Of a stretch of 64,000 nucleotides of DNA, positions 1-11,892 are shown piece by piece; within the stretch, counting starts at the first letter, position 1; every line of letters begins with the position of its first letter. Under the pieces are notes generated by a model. It did no database searches, was not told where the DNA came from, and saw only the letters and a program-made list of their open reading frames with translations. Location of the stretch: assembly GCF_018350175.1 (NCBI RefSeq), contig NC_058386.1:113770001-113834000 (forward strand), read 5' to 3'. The translations under genes and the position numbers were made by a program. Origin of the DNA: Felis catus. Taxonomy: Eukaryota.

Positions 1-41
<41 letters not shown>

Positions 42-164
42 CCTAAGTAGGCTCCACACACAGTGTGGAACCCAACATGGGGCTTGGTCCCATGACCTTG
101 GGATCATGACCTGAGCTCAAATCAAGAGTCGGACCCGCAAATGACCGAGCCACTCAGGCACCCC
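1..164 (-). mobile_element. Can-SINE (feliform SINEC), cut by window start
   Basis: (AG)n linker followed by SINE body ending ...gagccactcaggcacccc (reverse of the ggggtgcctgagtggctc tRNA-derived head). Confidence 0.93.
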
Positions 165-1171
165 TCACTCTGTTTTTCTAACCATTCCCTAAACTTCTCT
201 GTCCCCTAAACCACCAGCATCTGGAGCAGTTGTAGGAATATCAGAACAGGTGTGGTGCTCACAGAAGAGGGGTGGTGGTTCTGTGGATGATAGGCTGTCG
301 TCTACAAGAAAACTGGGTCATTTGGAAAACTTGAAAATTTAGTTAGATGATTAAATGTCCCACCTTTGTCCCTAATGCTCACCCAGAATTAGTTTACACA
401 CTGGGAGGCTATAGATTGCTATTTAACTTCTAGCAGCAACAGGCAAACGTGGGAGTAGATGAATGCTACATTTCCATGTGCACAAGTCCCCCTGCCTCCA
501 CGTACTTCTACTGCCCCACAGGGGAACTATAATGAAACAATGGGTTTTGAAACAAAAAAAAAAAAAGGAAAGATAAATGAAAGCATATCTGGCTACTTTC
601 AGAACAGAGCCTCTCTTCTACCTCCTACACACTCTCACCATGTTTCTGGAAAAGAAGGAAGGAGAGCATAAACGCCAGGACAGCTCCAAGAGGAGGGACG
701 GTAAGCTGAGGACTGATGTGAAGTCTGATATGTGTGATTTTGAGCCAGGAAACAGAGGAGTGAAGTCTGGCGGCCAGCGTATTGTGCTCGTCTACAAACC
801 AACCTACTAACCAACCAACTAACCAGTCAACCATTCTCTCTCACTCCCAGCTTCTGACTGTGGTGAAGGGGTCGTCCTTGCTCCAAACCACTTCTCCACA
901 AAGGGTACAAACAGGAGGTTCTTCACATTAGGGTCCTAACAGCAATTAGGACCCTGAGGTCCAGTTTGGAGGAAGGAAAGGGAGGAATTAAAGGGTCACC
1001 AAAGGTAAAGCAAGCTTACCTTCTAACCCTCCTCAGGTGGGTCCTGATAGCCTCCCTTGAGGAGAAAGCAGAATGTACCTGAGGCAAGACTCTTGGGTTT
1101 GAACCTCAACTCCCCCATTTTCTAATGGTGCAATATTGGGTAAGTTAGTTAGCTAATTTGATCATATGAAT

Positions 1172-1180
1172 TAATTTTTT

Positions 1181-1222
<42 letters not shown>

Positions 1223-1405
1223 CACATGCATGCACACCCAAGCAAGCAGGGGAGGGCCAGAGGGAGAGGGAGAGAGAGAATCTTAAGCAGTCTCCATGCC
1301 CAGTGAGAGCCCAATGTAGGGCTCGATCTCCTAACTGTGAGATCATGACCTGAGCTTGAAATCAAGAGTTGGACGCCTAACCAACTGAGCCACCCAGGGG
1401 CCCCC
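1172..1405 (-). mobile_element. Can-SINE with TSD tgaattaattttt
   Basis: Full body; TSD copies at 1167-1179 and 1406-1418. Confidence 0.95.
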
Positions 1406-1435
1406 TGAATTAATTTTTGAAATGAAGACAATCAA

Positions 1436-1602
1436 GGGGCCCCTGGGTGGCTCAGTCAGTTGAGTGTCCGACTTCGGCTCAGGTCATGATCTCGCGGTTC
1501 ATGAGTTCGAGCCCCGCGTCGGGCTCTGTGCTGACCGCTTGGAGCCTGAAGCCTACTTCAGATTCTGTGTCTCCCTCTCTCTCTGTCCCTCCCCTGCTCG
1601 CA

Positions 1603-1662
<60 letters not shown>

Positions 1663-1682
1663 AATAATAAACATTAAAAAAA
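1436..1682 (+). mobile_element. SINEC_Fc-type Can-SINE, head-to-head with previous SINE
   Basis: Head ggggcccctgggtggctcagtc, (CT)n, A-tail; TSD tttgaaatgaagaca(a/g)tcaa at 1416-1435 and 1683-1702. Confidence 0.96.
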
Positions 1683-3021
1683 TTTGAAATGAAGACAGTC
1701 AAGTATTCAGAAAATGTTACTCTTCCCCATCCCCACCCCAGCTCATGCCTAGGCTTTACTCTTCTCAAAGCAAGTCCAGAAGCAAGATTAGCAGTTTCAG
1801 CAAGGATCTGGAAAAGGAGAAGCCCATGGCCATCACCACATGGAGCACAAAGCGCTCTATCTCTGAATCACTGAACTGCCCACCTGAAGGCAGCAACTTC
1901 CGTTCTGACTATGTGCAGTTCTGTTAGGAAGCCTGGCAACATATTGATTCTTGCATATATCTGAGACATTTAAAACAAGAAGAGAGTTCAGTATTCAATC
2001 CATTTTTGTTTCCATTTGACAGAAAGACATATGGAGACCCAAGGAAAGAATGGATCTTGTCCAGACTTACATAACCCACCAGGGGCACTTTAGTATGATA
2101 AGGGAATAAAAGCAAGGCTAAAAAACAGGAAGCAGATAAACCACAAATGCTTTTGGAAAAAAATATTAAATTAGCTGAGAGGTGAATTTAATTCTGATTT
2201 CTGACTGTCCTTTCGAATATTAATTTTTCTGAACGTTGATACGTTTAGTTTCTCTATATCCCCTAAAACATGAAGTAATGCTTCACAAAATTCCTTTTTT
2301 CCTGATCTTGTGTTTGTGGCTATAAAGGGAACCAAGAGGATAAAGGGAAAAGTTGACGGTACATTTTTAGGGTTGTTTTAAGGACCTGGAGGGAAGCAAA
2401 TAGCCCAGTGTAGCCAATGTCAGTTGAGTCTTAATGGTTAGATTTGATGTTCAAAACTTTTGAATTTTCAACTGGATATGCGAACCTATGAAAAAATATT
2501 GAGGAATACTGTCACCTCTGCTCGTCATCGGCTCTGCTGAAGTGGACTGGACAGGACCACAGAGAGTATCCTGAAAGGACCACAACACAAAGAACTTCCT
2601 GAAGTTGAGCGTGGGTCCTTTACACAAATTGATTTACATTACTTTTTACATATGAGAGTTCTGACTCTAGGTTCATTGAAGGCAGGAGCTCTAGATCTCC
2701 TATAGGAGACACAGGGGAAAACCAAGTAGATTCTCATTAAATGACTGTGGAATGATTGATTGGACCAGAGGCCTCGGTTTTCTCATACAGAATAACAGCA
2801 CTGGATTTTACTGGAAAGCCTTATAAATACTTCAGATAACTTGAAACGCTTTTGGAGAGGTCGGGGAAAGACTGGGAGGGGAAAGGCAGAATTTGGATTA
2901 AGTTCTCCAAGGAAGGAGAACATTGGTTTGGTTGTGATTAAACAGAAGCATTTGGACTGGCTTTTAAAGGAGGAGTAATTCGAAGACTGTATCTTTCTTA
3001 TTTACATAGTTGTTACATAGC

Positions 3022-3180
3022 CAAGTGGTTCTTAACAGGGCAGTTTCTCTCCCGATGGGACATTTTTTGTTGTCCCAAGCCTGGGGAATGCCGCTCAACA
3101 TACCGCGAGGTATAGGACAGCCCCTGAAGACAAAGAATTATCTGGCCCCCAAGGTCAAGAGTGTTAAGGTTGAGAATCCT
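3022..3180 (+). mobile_element. MER20-like hAT-Charlie non-autonomous DNA transposon
   Basis: agtggttcttaacagggcag...ggacagccc...aaagaattatctggccc...gttgagaatcc matches remembered MER20 consensus. Confidence 0.8.
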
Positions 3181-4884
3181 TCTATTCTAGCTCAACACAG
3201 GGCCGGGGATGGGGTGACTGAATTAAAAAAATAGGTCAACTACTTCTTACAGCAGGAAAGAAGTATTAAAAAATGCGCTCACTGGGTTTTAGTCCTCACG
3301 TGGTTTCCCATGTTAATTTAGTATCGTTTTTAATCCAATGTTATTTGTTTCCAAGTGCTGGGATATGTTGGCTGATTTGTCTAGGTCTTCCATATAGGAA
3401 AAACTAGGTACCACTGCATAAGGATGATAAATACCACAACTTGGAGGACTCTAGGGGTGCAGGTCCGTTTCTGATTTTCCCAGGGTTCACCCCTGTACAG
3501 TCAGCAGGAATGGTGCTAAACAAGATAGAAGACCAAGTTCACATTATGTGTCAGATCGAACCTTCTTCCCCCTACCTGCACAGATGTACCTCCTTCCTCT
3601 TCAAAGCCCTTTCTCGGGGCCAGCAGAAGGTGAGAAAAGGAAGACAGGTACCAAATGGCCTCACAAGCCACAGGAATACACAGTCTCCTTGTTCCTCCTT
3701 GTTCCACTACTGAGACCCCACCTACCTTTTACGGTACAGGTTGCTGTCTCAGCACAGATTCAACTGAGACACAGTCAGGAAGGAAGACAGCACTGGATAG
3801 GCTAAGGACAAAATTGAATGTTGTCAGGGGCGTGTGCACGAATGCAGTGTTTTCTACAATGACATTTTCTGGTCTTCGTAAAAAGGGAACCGAACACAAA
3901 GGGTTCGGAACACAAAGGGTGCCGAACACAAAGGGTCTGACTAGGCTCTGGTCTTAGTTTAGAAATGGGTAGCAGCAGCCTCCTGTCGTCTTCATCAGGG
4001 GTGATCCAAGTACAAGGCTTCCTTCAAGAATTTTCCCCTAAAAACCTTTCGGGCCAGCTTGCACTACAAAAAGCTAATTACTTTACTTTTTTATTTTCTC
4101 ATCCTGAAACCATGAAGCTTCTTTTGACTCCCTGGAGGCCGCTAAGGAAGAGTTATTTGACCTTGGACAAGGGGACACCCTGTACAGAAAACCGCCATCC
4201 AGTTTTGCACGGAAAATTAACATTTCCTTGGGATCCAAATTCGCAAACCCTAGGTGTATTTGTTCTTTTTAAACACTACCTCTTTGATTCAGCCAGAAAC
4301 CTTCACTGCTAGACAAGGAATCAATTTCCATAGTCTAGCAAAAGCACACATTTGTAAAGTTGGCAGAAAACTTGCTTTATTGGAAACTCACGTAATGTCA
4401 TCCTTGATTGCAGCATATTAATACAACTCCAAAGTATGTCCGTTTTTAAATACTGAACTCAAGAGGCAATTACTTTTAATTTGAATTCCCAGCGGTCCAA
4501 TATTTTTAGGCTATTAAAAAATATTGAGCGAGCTTAACTACGTTAAAAAGGACAAACAAGAAAAGAATAAATCAGTCTTGGCAAAGACTTAAAACTTCAG
4601 ATGCATTATGGAGAAGAAAAATCAATGACGTCTCTACAAAGACCTACCACTAAAGGAATAACAGGTACCACGTGATTCCTCATCACTCCATCCTATCGGG
4701 GGTCATTCTCACCAAGTGCGCTTCAGTGATTTATGCCAGCATTTATTCCAGTGAGAGAAGTGGAGAGACACCTGTTCTATATTGAAATGAATTGAGCCAC
4801 AAAGTGCAGGTGTTAAAAGGGCTACGTAAGAGGCTTGCAATAAATCAGTAAGTCCGCACTGCATTCTGCCCACTGATCTATCCC

Positions 4885-5130
4885 TACTCCCTAAAGCTCA
4901 GTCTTCCCTTGGCTTCCTCAGCACCTCATTCTCCTTGCTTTCCTTCTTTCGCTTCTGACGAGTCCCTTCTCTCCTACAGCACCTTAAAATACTGGCATGC
5001 CCCAGGGCTCGCTTCTCTGCCTCTTGTCCCTCCCTAGGTGATCTCCTCTGCTCTTGTGGTTTTAATACCCTCCACAGGCTGGCGAGTCTTAAATGTGCGC
5101 CACCCACCTGGAACTCACCCCTGAGCAATT
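4885..5130 (+). mobile_element. L2 LINE fragment
   Basis: ccccagggctc...ccctaggtgatctc...ttttaataccctcc typical of the L2 3' region. Confidence 0.7.
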
Positions 5131-5309
5131 TGAAGGCAGGATCCTGTAGTGTCTGATACGCAACACTTGCTCATTAAGTGCTAAATGAATACATGAAGGG
5201 AACATACAAATGGATTCATGGGACTTCATTTGGAAACCTGTGGAGGAGAGCTGAGTTGTCCTCGGCAAACCCATCCTAGAACAGTCAGAACCATCCTGGC
5301 TCACCAGCG

Positions 5310-5463
5310 AATGTATGAATAAACTCAGTCTAGGTCAGTAGAACCTATACCTGACCTACAGCAGACCTAGCCAACCCACAGACTATGAGAAAGAATAAAA
5401 CTGTTCCGGTTTGAAGCCACTATATTTTAGGGTGACTTAAAACACAAAGAGCCAAACTGATAG
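5310..5463 (+). mobile_element. MLT1 (MaLR) LTR 3' fragment
   Basis: cccacagactatgagaaagaataaaactg...tgaagccactatattttaggg...aactgata is an MLT1-type terminus. Confidence 0.6.
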
Positions 5464-5585
5464 ACTAGTTCAAAGTCTTTCCCTTCCTTCCAGTCTTTCC
5501 TCCTTGAGGGCAGAGGCAGTGCCCCTATTCAATGCCATGCCTAGTAATCAGCTAAATGCCTAGCTTCTATAGGACAATAAGTTTC

Positions 5586-5789
5586 TTTAAAATTTTTTTG
5601 ATTTTTTTTTTTTTTTGAGATGAGAGAGAGCACGAGCTGGGGAGGTGCAGAGAGAGAGGGAGACAGGAACCAAAGCGGGCTCTGCGCTGTCAGCAGAGAG
5701 CCCGATGCGGGGTGTAAATTCACGAGCCATGAGATCATTGATCTGAGCCGAAGTCGGATGCTTAACCAACTGAGCCACCCAGGCGCCCC
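5586..5789 (-). mobile_element. Can-SINE
   Basis: Poly-T tail, body, ...gagccacccaggcgcccc; short TSD taagtttct. Confidence 0.95.
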
Positions 5790-7142
5790 TGTAAGAAAGT
5801 AAGTTTCTGTTGGCAAAGACATCAATTCTGCTAAGGGTGACTGGAAGTGCTATAAGTCACTTGCTGCCCAGAATTAAGGCAAATGGCTGGGTGAACTCAG
5901 GATATCAAAATTTGCTATTTGACGAGGTAACTGAGAGATGTTTATTGGGTATTTATTGTGGATGGACACTGTGCTATGCCTGTGGCATCTATTTAATAAA
6001 GCTCTATTCAGTAGGGATGAAATCAAGATGTATGTGTAAATGGAGTCCTAATTGGGAAGGGAGATAGATCTCTTTTAAAACACCAGTAACTGCTCCCCCC
6101 AAAAAAGCTGCACCAGAATAAAAGGTTCCCAAACTATCCTGATTGGCTTAGGGGACTCCGTTTTCCTCCCTCAGTAAATATTCTGGGTATGTTTAGCCAA
6201 TTATCCCCTAAGTGAACAGCTAACGATGCATGTCAATGAGAAATTTACTGACTCAGTTCATGAACCTTCTATCACAGATCCGAAATGCTATCTTCTCAGA
6301 GAAAAATCAAGTGATTATAGAGGAAAAGTGCCAGAAGAGGGAACAAAAGAGAAAAGTCACTGGTTGGCAGTGTCTATTACCCCTATGTTTTCAAATGCCC
6401 TTTGTTCCTTCCTTCTTGCATGGACAGAAGGAGATTTTGTTCACAGCCTGAGGCAGCTTGCTAGGCAGCCGACCTCACCGTCTGAATGGGCTGCTTGAGT
6501 CTGTGATGAGGCTGTGCACAGCTGGGCCGGCTGGCTGTCTCCCAGAAGGGGCTCCAGTGGAGGGACCATGTGGTCTCTCCTGTTTGTCTGTGTCTTTCTC
6601 AAGAAACGATTTTAACTAGTGACCTGCATACACGTGTGGGAGTGTGTTCGCACCTTTGCATGGCAACTAGCAACCACGAGGGGCACATTTCACCTGTCCC
6701 AGTGTGCGGTGTTTCCGGAAGGGGCAAAGCCCAAGGTGCCACCGTAAGGACAATGGCAGGTGTCTGATCCAGGGAAGTCCCCTGTGCCCACACCAGGGGA
6801 GAGGGACAGTAGGAGCAAATCACTCCATTACAGACACATCTGCCCTTATCACTGCCCTATATTTGCAGATGGACCACCTTAAAAAGGGGGCCAACTTTGG
6901 TGCATGAGATCATTCCACTCCCAGGTGGCCACAAAAATCCAGTGTCAGAATGGAACCTCTTCTCTTTCCTTGGGGAGGTGGCTCATGGCAGAGCCAGTTA
7001 AGGCTGCTTTAAGGTCCAGCAGCTCCATGAGGAAAACCATGGCTTTGAAGTATTATTTTATGTAAGGAAGGACTACAGGGAGAATGACCTACAGTTAGCA
7101 GATGTTGATATAGGGAACAAAGGACAAAAGCATGCGACAAAT

Positions 7143-7345
7143 TCAATGGTAGTATAATAGCGTTGTGTGGTTAACACACGGTAGCTACACTTGTGGGGAG
7201 CACAACATAACGCACAGAGCGGTCGCATCCCTATGTTGTACACCTGAAGCTAACGTAACATTGTGTCTCAACTATACTTCGATAAAAATAAATAAGTAAA
7301 CAAGTCATGGGGTTGAAAAGCATAGCATAGGGAATATAGCCATAG
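7143..7345 (+). mobile_element. L1 (carnivore/L1MA-type) 3' end, segments in permuted order
   Basis: Homologous to the intact L1 3' end at 33858-34039, but the upstream segment follows the A-tail. Confidence 0.8.
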
Positions 7346-7764
7346 ATTACCCAAATTCAAAGAAATAACGGCATTGACATTTCCAAAGGAAAAAAAAAAA
7401 GAATTAAGAACAAGAAACATGACAAATCTTGAGGACGCTGCTTTGTTTAGCCCTCGGCCTACTGCTTGTACCAACATTCAAAGCGGGCTGTGGGGGAATG
7501 CACGAGAACTCTCCTGATTGAAGCACCGGGTAAGTGAACGCTGCCGAGAGGTTAAAGACAGTTCTACAGTTTTCTTCCAAACAGCACGTGTCACCAGCAG
7601 TGGAAAGGACGGTGCTGAGCTCTTCTCTCACGCCTTGCACCCGAAAGGGGGCGGCAGGTGTCAGGGTATGGGACAAGCTGAGGCAGCACAACGTAGAAGA
7701 GACCAACCAGGCTTGAGAGCGACCAGAGAGACCAGACTTGGCTTCAAATCCCCACGAAGACACT

Positions 7765-7910
7765 TATTAGTCGTATGACTTTGAGCAAGTTATTTCATAT
7801 CTTTACACTCCAGTTTCCCCACTGCGTCCTTCAAGATGGATGATGCCTACCTCATGGGTCGGGAACATTAGGGATAATAAACCTGAAGTGCCTGGCGCAT
7901 AAAAGATGCT
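7765..7910 (+). mobile_element. MIR SINE
   Basis: gtatgactttgagcaagttatttcat...cagtttcccc...tacctcatggg core. Confidence 0.7.
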
Positions 7911-8439
7911 GAACATTGATAGCTAAGCATCTAACCAGAGCACGATATACAACGTCCCGCACTGAATGCGCCACACGAACTCCCGAGACCTCCTTCTTCA
8001 TGCTTCTGGAGGGACTTGCATTTCACGCAACCTGGCTCCTCGTGAAGGTCGCACAGAACAGTATCTTGACAGGGACCCAACCCAGTTTGGCGGGGCTTTT
8101 TGGTCACATGCCTTAAGTCGGTTCTCGCTTTGTAATGAAGGTTTCATCATCCAGGGATTTAGGTCAACGGCTGTTTCGTGAGACGATGTCTTGAGGTGGA
8201 AGATGAGGTGGCCTGAGGTGATGAAGGCCCGGCCCACAGCTAAATAAATGTATACCAGCACAGTGAATAAATCTCAACTCTGATGCTACAGCGTGGAAAG
8301 CATTCTGACCAAGTCAAATTTGATGGGAATTTGCCCTGCCAACATTTTCATGTGACATCTGGATGTTTCTCTTTGGAGAACATGCCACCTTTTTAATCTA
8401 TTGTTCCTCTGAGAGCAGGCGCAAGGCGACACTGGACAA

Positions 8440-8600
8440 GTTACTTCCTTTAATCTGACTCAGTGTCCTCATCCATAACATGGCGGAAAAACAATACCTA
8501 CTTGCCTCCAAGGACTGTTGCGAGAATTAAGGCAGTGTTAGGTAAAAATGCTTGGCACGTAGTAAATTCTGCTTAATTGTCAATTACTATTTTTATTATC
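8440..8600 (+). mobile_element. MIR SINE
   Basis: ggacaagttactt...tcagtgtcctcatcc...aaaatgcttggcacgtagtaa. Confidence 0.7.
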
Positions 8601-8887
8601 CTTTACCTTAGGCTAGAAAGTGGGGCTCCAGCAAGTGATGAAAGAGAATTCATTGCTAATATCCGACCTCTAGGTAACACCTAATCTTATGGAAATGCTC
8701 AGAGCAAGTCTTAATAACATTTCTGTCACTGGTGGCAATTTTCTTGAGCCGAGAAAACATTCGGCAGCAGAATCAGCTCTTTAGTAATTAGAAATGACAT
8801 CTTTCCTCAGTTCTAGCATTATAGGGGAGGAGTGGCTCTTGGCTTAAAGAAAGGAGATTAGGCAAGTAACCTGTTTATGTGTTTATG

Positions 8888-9121
8888 TTTTTTCAAAAAA
8901 TATTTTAAAGTTTATTCTTTATTTTGAGAAAGACACAGAGAGAGTGGGGGGGGGGGAGCAGAGAGAGAGAGGGAGAGAGACAGAATCCAGAATCCCAAGC
9001 ACAGGCTCCACGCTGTCAGCGCAGAGCCTGACGCGGGGCTCAAACTCACAAACTGTGAGATCATGACCCGAGCCGAAACCAAGAGCCAGACACTTAACCG
9101 ACAGAGCCACCTAGGCACCCC
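8888..9121 (-). mobile_element. Can-SINE
   Basis: Full body; TSD cctgtttatg..ttttt. Confidence 0.95.
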
Positions 9122-9201
9122 TTCCTGTTTATGTTTTTTATCTAAGGACAGTTTTATTGCATTCTAACTGAATTTAGCTATTCGCCAATCATTATACTGG
9201 T

Positions 9202-9230
<29 letters not shown>
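9202..9230. repeat. (TG)n microsatellite
   Basis: Direct reading. Confidence 0.98.
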
Positions 9231-9232
<2 letters not shown>

Positions 9233-9499
9233 TAGACAAAGTCATCACCCCCTTGAAGGTAAGGGGCATTTCACCTCCTACCTTTGAGTGTTTCACTACA
9301 TCCAATGCCAGGCCCAGAGAACTAACAACTACCTCCTGAGTCCCTTCTACTTATGGGAGCTCCTTTTCATAGCACAGATTGAGAATGGAGTGTGGACGGC
9401 ATTTCGTTCCTTTCAACCTAACAGATCTCTTCTGCGCTAAAATTGCTGTTAGACAATAAACTCATGTAGAAGGCAAGAGGGGGGAAACTGGATATATGG

Positions 9500-9690
9500 A
9501 GAGGCCACGGAGGGAAAAAGCATGGGCCTCAGAGGCCAGAAAAACCAGGTTCAAATCAAGTCCTGTCATTTATTAGGGAAGTGACTTCAACTTCCTGTAT
9601 CTTAGTTTGGGCATCTGTCAAATGTTGGTAGCAGCCCTACCTTACAGGGATTTTGTGATCATGGCCCTAAGGTTGCTTTGCACAGTGTTC
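9500..9690. mobile_element. MIR SINE
   Basis: ggttcaaatcaagtcctgtcatttattagggaagtgactt...cagccctaccttacaggga. Confidence 0.65.
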
Positions 9691-10584
9691 TCACTATAGA
9701 GAGAGGCAGCTACGTGGATCCGTGTTCTTCCCCTTCCTCCGCGGGAGATCTGGACTTTCAGCCAATGTACACTTGTCGCTTCCAAAGCTGGATGGACTTG
9801 AAGATTGACCTGGAGCCATTCCAAGAATATATATCTTAAAATAGCTGGGGCTCGTAAGTAGAAATATGCTAGCACATGGCTGGAAGTGGACATGTGATTT
9901 TGATGTGTTGGAGTGAGTGCGGATATCAGCTGTGAAGCAAGACAAGGGTAAGTGTTGATAAAATGCAGGATGTTATACCTCTTGTTCCACACTTTCCCGC
10001 GGGCATTATTCAAGCTGTGTATTCTCGAGCAAGCTAAGAAATGCTGTAGAGTATAATAAATGAATACCTGAACCAGTGTAATATATGGTGCTAGGAACGA
10101 TTTAGAATCATGGATAGCAATTAAAGTGTCCCAATCGTATCAAAGTCAGTCTCCCATACATGCTGCTGTACTAATTTGATGCCGTGGTAGCTGGTGTGTA
10201 CGTGGTAAGAGGGCAATGCTACAGTCACGACAGCCTCGGGTGTAACTCAGGGACAGACACCCAGGTCATGAGCAGTTTGAGCCAAATTTTGCAATCTCAC
10301 CCGGGAGCGGGAGCAATCGAGCGAAGAAACGGTAGTACGTTCCTGGCATGTTTGCACACTCTTCTCCTTCTCCATCTTCTTCTTCAAGTACACACATACG
10401 TGGTCCCGAGGAACTCTTCCACCCACATTCGCAAGCTGGATCATGGTTTGAGAAGACACGTGTTGCAGCAATTGCTTGCAAGAAAGGAGGTTGGTCACAA
10501 GGTGGCAGATTACCACGCTCCTATGGAGAAGGCTGATTATTTCTCTAAAAGCACAGAGCAGCAGAGGCAGGAAAACTTCAGGAA

Positions 10585-11440
10585 GGGGTGTGTGCCAATA
10601 ATGAAGCAGCAGAAAGAAATCAAGGAATCAATCCCATGTACAAGTGCANNNNNNNNNNNNNNNNNNNNNNNNNNNNNNNNNNNNNNNNNNNNNNNNNNNN
10701 NNNNNNNNNNNNNNNNNNNNNNNNNNNNNNNNNNNNNNNNNNNNNNNNNNNNNNNNNNNNNNNNNNNNNNNNNNNNNNNNNNNNNNNNNNNNNNNNNNNN
10801 NNNNNNNNNNNNNNNNNNNNNNNNNNNNNNNNNNNNNNNNNNNNNNNNNNNNNNNNNNNNNNNNNNNNNNNNNNNAGAGCTAGAACAAACAATCCTAAAA
10901 TTTGTATGGGACCACAAAAGACCCCGGATAGTCAGAGCAACCTTGAAAAGGCAAAGCAAAGCTGGAGGCATCACAATTCCATACTTCAAGTTATATCGCA
11001 AAGTTCTAGTGACCAAGACAATATGGTACTGGCATAAAAATAGACACATAGATCAATAGACCACACAGAAAACCCAGAAATGAACCCACAACCATATGGT
11101 CAACTAATCTTCGACAAAGTAACAAAGAATATCCAGTGGACAAAAAAGACCGTCTCTTCAACAAATGTGTTGGGAAGATGGGGCGGCAACGTGCAACGAG
11201 TGAAACCGGACCACTTTCTTACACCACGCACAAACATAAATTCAAAATGGAAGAAAGATCTAGATGTGAGACGGGACACGGTTAACGTCCTAGAGGAGGA
11301 CACAGGCAGTAATCTCTTTGACATCAGCTGAAGCAACTTCTTACTAGGTATGTCTCCTGAGGCAAAGGAAACAAAAGCAAAAAGAAACTCTTGGGGCTTC
11401 ATAAAAACAAAAGGCACAGCAAAGGAAACAATCAACGGAA
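10585..11440 (+). mobile_element. L1 ORF2 internal fragment (degraded, N-gap inside)
   Basis: Translates to ...EIKESIP...[17 protein letters not shown]...KAGGITIP...[11 protein letters not shown]...NPQPYGQLIFDK..., i.e. L1 ORF2 downstream of the RT domain, with stops and frameshifts. Confidence 0.95.
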
Positions 11441-11442
11441 AG

Positions 11443-11444
<2 letters not shown>

Positions 11445-11475
<31 letters not shown>

Positions 11476-11506
11476 TGTGTATGCATGTGTGTGCATGCGT
11501 GTGTGT
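11445..11506. repeat. (TG)n microsatellite at L1 breakpoint
   Basis: Direct reading. Confidence 0.97.
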
Positions 11507-11691
11507 TGGGAATGATGGCTACCTTACATGGCCATGAGTTCTAAAGGTCATATAAGTGCTGCCTGTCCAGCATTGCCCTCTCATCACAGGGCACCTCCTA
11601 AAGAGGCCCATGCAATCAGCATGATAAGAATGCCGAATTGACGTTGACGTCACACACCAGACCTTATGCCAAGGTGATTTTTTCCCAAGGC

Positions 11692-11892
11692 AGTGATCCC
11701 AACGCTGTTAGCACATTAGAATCACCTGGGGAGCTTTTTAAACACTACCTCTTCCACAAGAGATTTTGCAGGGTTTTCGTCTGGACAAGTTGTTGCTCAG
11801 GTGGTTGGTTTTGGTCTGGTGTTGGACTCAGGCATCAATATTATTTCAAAGGTCCTCAGGTGATTCCAGTGTGTAGCAAGGTTGAGAGTCAT
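11692..11892. mobile_element. MER5-type hAT DNA transposon
   Basis: cacattagaatcacctggggagctttttaaa...ctcaggtgattcc...aaggttgagagtca. Confidence 0.75.

Noticed and set aside
930-955. 10-bp-arm hairpin agggtcctaa/ttaggaccct
   Set aside because: About one such hit is expected per 64 kb when spacers up to ~20 nt are allowed.
1436-1510. tRNA-like A/B boxes in Can-SINE heads
   Set aside because: These are tRNA-derived SINE promoters, not tRNA genes.
2696-2709. 14-bp palindrome tctcctataggaga
   Set aside because: Several are expected by chance (64000/4^7 is about 4).
3891-3936. Short direct repeats resembling a CRISPR array
   Set aside because: Mammalian DNA with tandem units and no unique spacers or cas genes.
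10184-11059. 291-aa ORF
   Set aside because: Chimera of an unassigned segment, an N-run translated as X, and degraded L1 ORF2; not a gene.
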